Origin: Octopus vulgaris
Taxonomy: Eukaryota
DNA length: 64,000 nucleotides
Direction: 5' to 3'
Assembly (NCBI GenBank): GCA_951406725.2
Contig: OX597816.1
Location: forward strand, 80,290,001-80,354,000
The notes under the pieces are model-generated. The model had not been told where the DNA came from. It searched no databases and saw only the letters and a list, made by a program, of their open reading frames with translations. Of the stretch, positions 54,870 through 64,000 are shown one piece after another. Position 1 is the first letter of the stretch. Each line of letters starts with the position of its first letter. Made by a program: the position numbers and the translations under genes.

Positions 54870-55900
54870 GAAAGGCAAAATATAGTAGCTTCCCTAAATT
54901 GTTGCCAAGCGTGTTATTGAGGTCAAGGCCATGTTGAGACAGGATTTAACTGCCATTGAAAGTTAGGGCTGGCAAAAAGCTTAAGGGATGCTGTTATTAA
55001 CAGAATATTATCGGGTTTTAGAATCAATGAATTACCTATAACATGAATGAAGAGAATGGAAACTAAGCTGACATATTCCTATATAACTGGTTTGGTCTCT
55101 CACCACCCTTCATGGATGTTGAGCTGTATCAGGCTACAGCAAAGCATTAATTGTTGAGAAATGAAAGACCTTAAAGTTGCAAAATCCTGCTGTTTTATGA
55201 AGCTATGGGATTCTATGGAGTCCATTTACTGTACAGGTCATCGGGTAGTGTTGACAGGAAGAAAATGTTTAGTGAGGATAGCCCTTGAGGTGGCAGAGAT
55301 AATTACCATTAGGTAATGAAGCTTGTGGTAAATGTAATGCAGAAGTCACAAGTTTAGCTGATGTGGACGAAAGACAGGTCGATATTTCACCATATAAACA
55401 ATTATTTCACCATAGGCAACATAAAGAACATTTCCTTCTTCACTTTTATCTACTCCGGGTTTCGAACGTAGTAACAAGACGCGACTTTGTTAAAACAGTC
55501 GTTTCCGCAAAGCAACTATTTTTTAAAATTGGGATTTGTGGAGGGTTAAAGTGGTGACAAAAATAGAACAGTGAGAACAAAATAGTAAAACAAACGGTAA
55601 GGGCTGTTAAGCCATAACGAGGTGAGGTGGTGAACGCCGGAGAAACGAGTTTTGAGAAGAGATAGGCAAAAGCACGTCTTGTCTTTAGGAAGGAAGTGGA
55701 AGAAAGAAAGTTAGATAACCGTTGGTCACGTGTAAGCAACGAGACAGTCAAGGGGGAAGAGTGAGGTAGAGTGATCGGTGAAGGGGAGAGACGAATTAGA
55801 GAAAGGGTGGGAGGGGAAAACTAAAAGGAAGAAGAACAAGACAAGGAGATAAAATAGAGATACGTTGTTGTGTACCCATCGGAATTATTAAGGTGAACTT
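54870..55900 (-). mobile_element. Unclassified retroelement-like relic, possibly a PLE 5' region
   Basis: Higher GC, no microsatellite, weak H...LPNG motif; not firmly assignable. Confidence 0.25.
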
Positions 55901-55936
55901 ACTTGGAAATGGATGCGTGGCGTTCGGTCATATCAT

Positions 55937-55951
55937 TATATATATATATAC

Positions 55952-55996
<45 letters not shown>

Positions 55997-56067
55997 CATT
56001 TATACGTATATATTTGCCTCCATGTAGATATGTGAGAATGTTATGTATATGTGCACATGTGTGTATG

Positions 56068-56154
<87 letters not shown>

Positions 56155-56587
56155 ATATATATGTATGTATATATATATGTATGTATATATATATGTATGT
56201 ATATATATATGTATGTATATATATATGTATGTATATATATATATATGTATGTATATATATATGTATGTATATATATATATGTATGTATATATATATGTAT
56301 GTATATATATATGTATGTATATATATATATGTATGTATATGTATATATATATATGTATGTATATATATATATGTATGTATATGTATATATATATATGTAT
56401 GTATATATATATGTATGTATATATATATATATATGTATGTATATATATATATATGTATGTATATATATATATATGTATGTATATATATATATGTATGTAT
56501 ATATATATGTATGTATATATATATATATGTATGTATATATATATATGTATGTATATATATATGTATGTATATATATATATATGTATG

Positions 56588-56618
<31 letters not shown>

Positions 56619-56624
56619 GTATGT

Positions 56625-56665
<41 letters not shown>

Positions 56666-56759
56666 TATGTATATATATATGTATGTATATATATATGTAT
56701 GTATATATATATATATGTATGTGTATATATATATATATGTATGTATATATATATGTATG

Positions 56760-56813
<54 letters not shown>

Positions 56814-56921
56814 TATGTATGTATATATATATATATGTATGTATATATATATATGTATGTATATATATATATGTATGTATATATATATATATATATATGT
56901 ATGTATATATATATATGTATG

Positions 56922-56954
<33 letters not shown>

Positions 56955-57095
56955 GTATGTATATATATATATGTATGTATATATATATATGTATGTATAT
57001 ATATATATGTATGTATATATATATATATGTATGTATATATATATATGTATGTATATATATATATGTATGTATATATATATATGTATATATATATG

Positions 57096-57132
<37 letters not shown>

Positions 57133-57449
57133 GTATGTATATATATATATGTATGTATATATATATATGTATATATATATATATGTATGTATATATATAT
57201 GTATGTATATATATATGTATGTATATATATATATGTGTATGTATATATATATATATGTATGTATATATATATATATATATGTATGTATATATATATGTAT
57301 GTATATATATATGTATGTATATATATATATATGTATGTATGTATATATATATGTATATATGTATATATATATGTATGTATATATATATATATGTATGTAT
57401 ATATATATGTATGTATATATATATATATGTATGTATATATATATGTATG

Positions 57450-57480
<31 letters not shown>

Positions 57481-57515
57481 GTATGTATATATATATATAT
57501 GTATGTATGTATATG

Positions 57516-57553
<38 letters not shown>
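55937..57553. repeat. ~1.6-kb (TA)n/(TATG)n array
   Basis: Almost uninterrupted alternating purine-pyrimidine; source of the 500-aa Y/I/C/M ORFs. Confidence 0.98.
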
Positions 57554-57557
<4 letters not shown>

Positions 57558-59240
57558 TGATGATTCTAGTTTCAGCTTATGAGCTGTGGCCATGCTGGGG
57601 CACTGCCATTTGGTGTTGCTACTTGGTTTCACTTCATGGAGGCTTTCTAGCAACTGCTATTTGGTGCATGAGAGAGTTCGATGCAGCTGCCCTCATCTGC
57701 CCCTCCTGCCGTGAAGTTGGTTCATCTGGGACACCTGACAGGAAGAGATCCAGCTTCATTTTTAAGACATCTGTATCCACCCCATGCAGGTCTCTCAGGT
57801 TCTTCGGGAGGATATTGAAGAGCTGTGGGCCTCGGAAGCCCAGGCTATCACAGAATCTTGTCCTACATCTTGATGGCAGGTTTGGAGTCCTAGGCACCAC
57901 GCAGTGGCGCCCAGTTCTGGCATTTGCGTAACTCTCGATGCCAAAGTTCAGGACCTTCCTCCAGGATCTTCCAGATGTATATTATGGCATATCTTTCCCG
58001 CCTACGCTCCAGGGAATATAATTTTAATCTCTTGAGTCTTTCCCAGTAGCTTACATTCTGCATAGAGGCTATCTTCTTTGTGTAGCTTCGTTGATCGCCT
58101 CAAGTTCTGTGATCAACTTGACACTGGATGGTGACCATAGCTGAGAGCAATAGTCAAAGTGGCTTAGGACAAGTGTCTTCCAGAGGACCATCATGGTTTC
58201 TTGTTCTCTTGTTCTAAAGGTTCTAAGATTCCAGCCAGCCAGCCGTCTACATTTCATTGTCAGTTTAGCAACATGTACATGAAAGGTCGCGTCATCACTC
58301 ATGTGCATACCCAGGTCACGCACTGATTGTGCCTCTGGGATTGCAATCCCTCCGGGTCCAGTGTATTCATTGGGTATTGCATTCAGTTTTGCATGCTGAT
58401 AGTATAAAGCTTGAAACTTTCCAGCATTGAACTGCATGCTATTCTTTTCAGCCCACTTGTATATTTCGTCCAGCTCACATTGCAGGTGTTTAGTGTCCTC
58501 AGGGTTCTGTATTGCCTGTGAAACTTTTGTATCATCTGCATAACTTGTGATCGTGGCTCTCTGCGTGGCTGAGGGCATGTCTGAGAGGGCCATTACGAAC
58601 AGTAGTGGTCCCAGAACAGTGCCCTGCGGAACACCGCTCACTATTTGTGTGTTAATGGAGGTGGCCCCATTGGCTACTACCACCTGACTTCTATCCTTCA
58701 GAAAGTCATGAAGCCATTCTCCCAGTTTTCCAACTATGTTGAGATCACGCAGTTTGTGACATATCATTCCATGATCGACTTTATCAAAGGCCTTTGCAAA
58801 GTCGAGATATATCACTTCCACATTTGAGTGGTTGAGCAGCCGTTTCAGCACCCAGTCATAGGAGCTGAGTTAAACAGCTTCTCCCTGGTCGGAAACAATG
58901 TTGCGTGTCGGGCAGCAAGTCATTCTCTTCAAGGAAGGTGATCACCTTCCTTCTGACTATTCGTTCCATGACCTTGCTGATGTGTGAGGTCAGAGAGATA
59001 GGTCTATAGTTCTTGGCTTCCGCTCTGCTACCTCCTTTATGAATGGGGCATATTTTACCTTCCTTCAGTTTTCCTGGAAGTTTGCCAGCTGCAAGGAAGC
59101 TCTGAAAGAGGAACTGCAGTGGTCTTGCTAGGACTCTCTTACATGCTTTTAGGAGGATTGCCGGGAATCCATCGGGGCCAGTAGCTGAGTCTGTTTTCAT
59201 TTCATCTATAGCCTTCGTTACATCGTCTTCCTTTATATAC
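57554..59240 (-). pseudogene. 5'-truncated CR1/L2-group LINE, subfamily A (RT with at least 3 frameshifts)
   Basis: GPDG, NYRPISLTS, YLDFAKAFDKV, SGVPQGTVLGP, YADD; frameshifts near 58860, 58100, 57955; stop 57634; structured 3' tail. Confidence 0.95.
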
Positions 59241-59241
59241 A

Positions 59242-62196
59242 CTAACCTCCACATTCCTACTCAATGCACAAGGTGTCAGCCCTTCCATCAATGCACAAAA
59301 ATGGAAGGTCCAATTCATTGAAGACTGGGTTGGTAACCATTCACACCACATCCCTTTCTTCATTCTCACTGAGACCCACCTTGACAACTCCTACTTGGAA
59401 GCCGAAGTGAGAGTGAAGAATTTCACAACCATCCGCGCGGATCGTATCGGCAGGAGGAAGGGTGGAACTGCCATTTTCCTGCATGATTCATTTACGGCAG
59501 ATGGAAATAGTATATTCTCCAACGGCTACTGTGAATCAGTCACCGTGCACAACAAAGCCAATGACCTGACAGTAATTGGGCTCTATAGGCCGCCCCAAAC
59601 ACCCATACTGTGCTTTAAAGAATGCCTCAACAGCATTAAGTGCTTTATTCAACAGTGCCATTCTAGCAACATACTCATGATGGGAGACTTCAATCTACCC
59701 TGTGTTGACTGGACTACAAACTGTTTGAAACCAAGCACTCCCGCCTCAACCGCTGACAAAGAAGCAGCAGAGTCACTTTTCGACTTTACGAATGAGTTTT
59801 TCTTGTCCCAACTTGTCCTTGCACCAACAAGACATCAGAACATTTTGGACCTAGTGTTTAGTAACCACACTAACACTATACATAACGTTACAGTGGAAAA
59901 AACCCTTCTTTCAGACCATGACATGGTTCTCTGTAACATGAAATTCCACCAGCCGAAAGCTAATCCTAGTGACCTTCCTCCAGCCCACCCATTTGACAAC
60001 ATGGATCTCCATAAAGCCAACTGGGATGCAATCAGGAACGAGCTATCAAATGTTGACTGGTCCTTTACACATACACACATCTCCACCAACCATAAAACAT
60101 CTTGGCAGATCTTTGTAGACACCGTCACAGACATATGTGCAAAACACTCCCCACCAAGACCTGTGAACAAAAAGTGCAGAATCCCCCAAAACAGAAAAAC
60201 CATTATCAGAAAAATAAAAAGAACAAACAAAAAAATTAACAAACTAAAGTACTGCCAACAGCAACACACACATTCGACGGCTATCGCACTGCTTGAATCC
60301 CAAAAATATAACCTCCAACAATGCATGAAGACCCTCATCAATAACCAAAGATCAGCTGAGGAGAAGTGGGCCATTGAAAAAATCAAACTCAACCCCAAAG
60401 TGTTCTTTTCATTTGCGAGGAAACGCAGGGTCACTGTCTCCACTGTAGGCCCTCTAATTGACGAAACTGGCACTCTCCAAGATAATGCCAAATCCATGGC
60501 CGAGATACTGCAGAAACAATACTGCTCTGTTTTCAGCAATCCTGATATGGCCGATCTGGGCTGTATCAGTGATGTCAACCCCCAACACACTATATCGGAC
60601 ATAACGTTTAGTGCCCCTGATGTCTTAGCGGCGATAAACGAAATAAAACACAATTCAGCAGTAGGCCCCGATAGGTTCCCTGCTTGTGTCCTGAAGGTGT
60701 GTCGACACCAACTTGCATCTCCCCTTGCTAATCTGTGGAGAAACTCACTGGATGCTGGCTATATTCCAAAAAACCTTCTGTCCCAGTCTGTTGTCCCGGT
60801 TTTCAAAAAGGGAAACAAGTCCCTTGCTGTGAATTACTGTCCGATCTCACTCACCTCTCATATCATCAAGGTATTTGAGAGGGTGGTGAGATCTCGAATA
60901 ACCCAATTTCTGGAAAGCAACAGACGGCTGATCTCCAACCAACATGGGTTCCGTAATGGAAGGGACTGCCTAACGCAGCTCCTGCATCACTTTGAGGACA
61001 TTTTGAGAGCTTTGGGAGAGGGCTCCAACACCGATGTCATCTACCTTGATTTCAGTAAGGCCTTCGACAGGGTCGATCACAAGATCCTATTGAAAAAACT
61101 ATCCAACATTGGTGTCTCTGGAAAGTTACTGAAATGGATTAAGTGTTTCCTGACAGACAGATCTCAACATGTTGTAGTTGAAGGGGTAAAATCAAGCCCA
61201 GCCAAAGTCAGTAGTGGCGTTCCGCAAGGCACTGTGCTGGGCCCACTTCTTTTCATCATTTACATTAATGACATTAATGACATCATCAAGCACAGCAACA
61301 TAAAAATCTTTGCAGATGACTCCAAGCTACAGAAGGTCATAAATGAGGCGAGTGACCGGACATGCCTTCAGTCAGATCTACTGGCTGTTATCCAATGGGC
61401 AGAAAAAAACAATATGCTGCTGAACGAGGATAAATTTGAGCTAATCCACTTTGGAAAAGAGGATGCCCTGAAACTCCCATACTCCCTTCCTTCAGGTGAA
61501 ACTCTCGCGGCGTCCAACAACATCAGAGACTTGGGAGTAATTGTGGACAACAACGTAAGCTGGGCCACTCATATAAACACCAAAGTTGACATGGCCCGCA
61601 GAATGTGTTCCTGGATTCTCAGAACTTTCCAGTCGAGAGATATCCACACCATTATCCTTCTCTTCTCCACTTTTGCCCGACCCCACCTTGAATACTGTTG
61701 TCCACTGTGGTCTCCCCACACAATACAAGGTATCATAAAAGTTGAAGCACCTCAAAGGGCAATCACAAAAAAGATAGATGGCATGACAGGCCTCGACTAT
61801 TGGGGTCGACTAGAAAAGCTAAAACTCTATTCTCTCCAACGTCGTCGTGAGCGCTACATCATCTGCATGATGTGGAAAATATTCCATCAGCATTGCCCAA
61901 ATGATGTTGGCATCACCTTTAAGGTACATCCAAGGCTTGGGCCCCGTGCCATCCGCCCAAAACAAAAATCGCACTCTCATCTCATAACAACAATACGGCA
62001 CAATTATTTCACCTCAATTGGCCCCGCTCTCTTTAACATTACACCAAAACACATTAAAACAGAAACTGACCCTATAGGGTTCAAGAAGTCTTTGGACAGA
62101 TTCCTTCAAGAAATCCCGGATAAACCCCCTACACCCGGATATGTCTCTGTAAACAATAACTCTCTACTTGAGTGGGCCATAGTGCCCAAATTCTGA
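59242..62196 (+). CDS. LINE ORF2 (APE endonuclease + reverse transcriptase), CR1/L2 group, subfamily B; frame is open upstream of the listed TTG
   Basis: LLNAQG, TETHL, GLYRPP, GDFN, LDLVF, SDH (APE); YLDFSKAFDRV, SGVPQGTVLGP, FADD (RT); PHLEYCCPLWSP; no internal stop; NYCPISL in place of NYRPISL. Confidence 0.95.
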   Translation, partial: LTSTFLLNAQGVSPSINAQKWKVQFIEDWVGNHSHHIPFFILTETHLDNSYLEAEVRVKNFTTIRADRIGRRKGGTAIFLHDSFTADGNSIFSNGYCESVTVHNKANDLTVIGLYRPPQTPILCFKECLNSIKCFIQQCHSSNILMMGDFNLPCVDWTTNCLKPSTPASTADKEAAESLFDFTNEFFLSQLVLAPTRHQNILDLVFSNHTNTIHNVTVEKTLLSDHDMVLCNMKFHQPKANPSDLPPAHPFDNMDLHKANWDAIRNELSNVDWSFTHTHISTNHKTSWQIFVDTVTDICAKHSPPRPVNKKCRIPQNRKTIIRKIKRTNKKINKLKYCQQQHTHSTAIALLESQKYNLQQCMKTLINNQRSAEEKWAIEKIKLNPKVFFSFARKRRVTVSTVGPLIDETGTLQDNAKSMAEILQKQYCSVFSNPDMADLGCISDVNPQHTISDITFSAPDVLAAINEIKHNSAVGPDRFPACVLKVCRHQLASPLANLWRNSLDAGYIPKNLLSQSVVPVFKKGNKSLAVNYCPISLTSHIIKVFERVVRSRITQFLESNRRLISNQHGFRNGRDCLTQLLHHFEDILRALGEGSNTDVIYLDFSKAFDRVDHKILLKKLSNIGVSGKLLKWIKCFLTDRSQHVVVEGVKSSPAKVSSGVPQGTVLGPLLFIIYINDINDIIKHSNIKIFADDSKLQKVINEASDRTCLQSDLLAVIQWAEKNNMLLNEDKFELIHFGKEDALKLPYSLPSGETLAASNNIRDLGVIVDNNVSWATHINTKVDMARRMCSWILRTFQSRDIHTIILLFSTFARPHLEYCCPLWSPHTIQGIIKVEAPQRAITKKIDGMTGLDYWGRLEKLKLYSLQRRRERYIICMMWKIFHQHCPNDVGITFKVHPRLGPRAIRPKQKSHSHLITTIRHNYFTSIGPALFNITPKHIKTETDPIGFKKSLDRFLQEIPDKPPTPGYVSVNNNSLLEWAIVPKF

Positions 62197-62278
62197 CTTG
62201 AAAGACTTCACCAGGTGGTGCTATTAAGTTAGACATGGCCTGGGCCAATAATGGCCGAAACCTATCAAAGTATCAAAG
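62197..62278 (+). other. LINE 3' UTR with double hairpin and (TATCAAAG)2 tail
   Basis: ggtggtgct...acatggcc-tg-ggcc(aataat)ggcc-gaaac-c-tatcaaag-tatcaaag, then TA repeats. Confidence 0.8.
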
Positions 62279-62309
<31 letters not shown>

Positions 62310-62419
62310 GTATATATAAGAAATATATATACACACACAAATATTACACTCCATAGAATCCATTACTAATCAGCCCCATCAAAGCTATACTTACACCCAT
62401 TCATATTCTCCCTTCTCTG

Positions 62420-62600
62420 TTTTTTTCTTCTTCTTCTTCTTCCACTTCTTCTTTCATCATCATCATTATCATCATCATCGTCGTCATCATCATCACCACC
62501 ATCATCACCACCATCTTCTCCTTCTTCTTCTTCATCATCATCATCATCATCATCAACATCGTCATCTTCTTCTTCTTCTACTTCTCCACCTTCCACCCCT
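62420..62600. repeat. (CTT)n/(CAT)n trinucleotide repeats
   Basis: Read directly. Confidence 0.93.
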
Positions 62601-62807
62601 TAACCTTGTCACTAATCTCTTTCAGTATAACGCCTACGCAAATTCCATAAACAATTCCTGAATTGAACTGCGACTACTGTCAGCCACTGTCAGCCACTGA
62701 CCATTCAAAATACGACCATTAAGGCATTCCCAGATTTCCCCACCCCTCTCCACATCAGCCTCATTATTCTTCACCTATCCCACCAAGAACTCAAAACGAC
62801 CTCGAAC

Positions 62808-63025
62808 ACACAAGTGCAAACAAGGGAGTCAGAGAAAGGCAGAATGCTACTTATATCTGAACACTACTACAGAAATATTCTTTTAAACAAACTTTTCTTC
62901 TAATTTTTCTAAATTTAATTATTTAATCGTTACAGTTGAAAAGGTCTCAAAATGACCGAAACCGGTACTGAAAGATTCACTATAAAATCATCTTAGCATT
63001 TTCTATTTTTGACTTGTTTTTTCAT
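62808..63025 (+). mobile_element. ~220-bp hammerhead-bearing element, copy 2 (may extend 5' to ~62640)
   Basis: Near-identical to 4703-4920; same 3' junction ttcat|(AT)n. Confidence 0.8.
62930..62973 (+). ncRNA. Minimal hammerhead ribozyme with U3-A8 variant core
   Basis: cag-TTGAAAA(62936-62942)-ggtc(tcaaaat)gacc-GAAA-ccgg-TA-ctg. Confidence 0.78.
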
Positions 63026-63169
63026 ATATATGTATGTATATATATATGTATGTATGTATATATATATGTATGTATGTATATATATATGTATGTATATATA
63101 TATGTATGTATGTATATATATATGTATGTATGTATATATATGTATGTATGTATATATATGTATGTATGT

Positions 63170-63210
<41 letters not shown>

Positions 63211-63487
63211 TGTATGTATATATATATGTATGTATATATATATATATATGTATGTATATATATATATATATATATGTATGTATATATATATGTATGTATA
63301 TATATATGTATGTATGTATATATATATGTATGTATGTATATATATATGTATGTATGTATATATATATGTATGTATGTATATATATATATATGTATGTATA
63401 TATATATATATGTATGTATATATATATATATGTATGTATATATATATGTATGTATGTATATATATATACATGTATGTATATATATAT
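63025..63487. repeat. (TA)n/(TATG)n array
   Basis: Read directly. Confidence 0.97.
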
Positions 63488-64000
63488 GCCCAAGGCATCA
63501 GCCCTTCCACCAATACACAAAAATGGAAGATAAGATTCCTGGAGGACTGGGTCGAGGCCCATCCAAACCACATCCCTTTCTTCGTCCTCACTGAAACCCA
63601 TCTTAGTGACCTCCACTTGGAAGCCGAGGTGAAAGTTAAAAATTTCAAAACCATTCGTGCTGATCGTGCTGGCAGAAGAAAGGGTGGGACTGCCATTTAT
63701 GTCCATGATTCATTCTCAACAGAAGCCATGAACATATTTTCGAATGGATACTGCGAAGCAGTCGCTGTATTCAGTCAAACCAACAACTTAACAGTAGTTG
63801 GGCTCTACAGACCACCCCAAACGCCCCTACCATGCTTCAAGGAATGCCTCAACAGCATAAAGTGTTTCATTCAGCAGTGTCAACCTGACAACATTTTAAT
63901 GATGGGAGACTTCAACCTTCCCGGGGTTGACTGGTCTACAAACAGTCTGCCGCCAGGTTCTTCTCTCTCAACCCCTGACAGGGAGGCAGTGGAATCGCTT
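63488..64000 (+). mobile_element. Third CR1/L2-group LINE (sister of subfamily B), APE domain, runs off the window
   Basis: Open frame [15 protein letters not shown]...TETHL...GLYRPP...GDFNLP, not in the ORF track. Confidence 0.93.

Noticed and set aside
55899-57653. 500-584 aa ORFs and all other Y/I/C/V/H/T-rich ORFs
   Set aside because: Translations of (TA)/(TG)/(TATG) repeats, which lack stop codons
59835-60653. 272-aa antisense ORF
   Set aside because: Shadow of the LINE ORF on the opposite strand
62366-62596. Acidic D/E-rich ORF
   Set aside because: Trinucleotide repeats; no splice or homology support

Overview
AT-rich, microsatellite-dense eukaryotic DNA made almost entirely of transposable elements. 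The SINE families look like those of Octopus (recognised from memory, not from a search). Nearly all ORFs in the track are microsatellite artefacts. Real coding remnants: one apparently intact endonuclease+RT ORF of a CR1/L2-group LINE (59242-62196) fused 5'-to-5' to a decayed relative, a third copy running off the window end, three decayed Penelope-like elements (PLEs), Tc1 and maT (DD37D) transposase relics, a Helitron helicase relic, an RTE-like zinc-finger tail, and one candidate terminal exon of a host gene (50889-51003, minus). Signals the ORF track does not show: (1) at least 7 intact or near-intact and several decayed minimal type I hammerhead ribozyme motifs with different palindromic stem III sequences, including a young two-copy ~220-bp element whose hammerhead has the compensatory U3-A8 core; (2) a double-hairpin 3' tail shared, with covariation, by two LINE subfamilies and a SINE; (3) several perfect or long inverted repeats.
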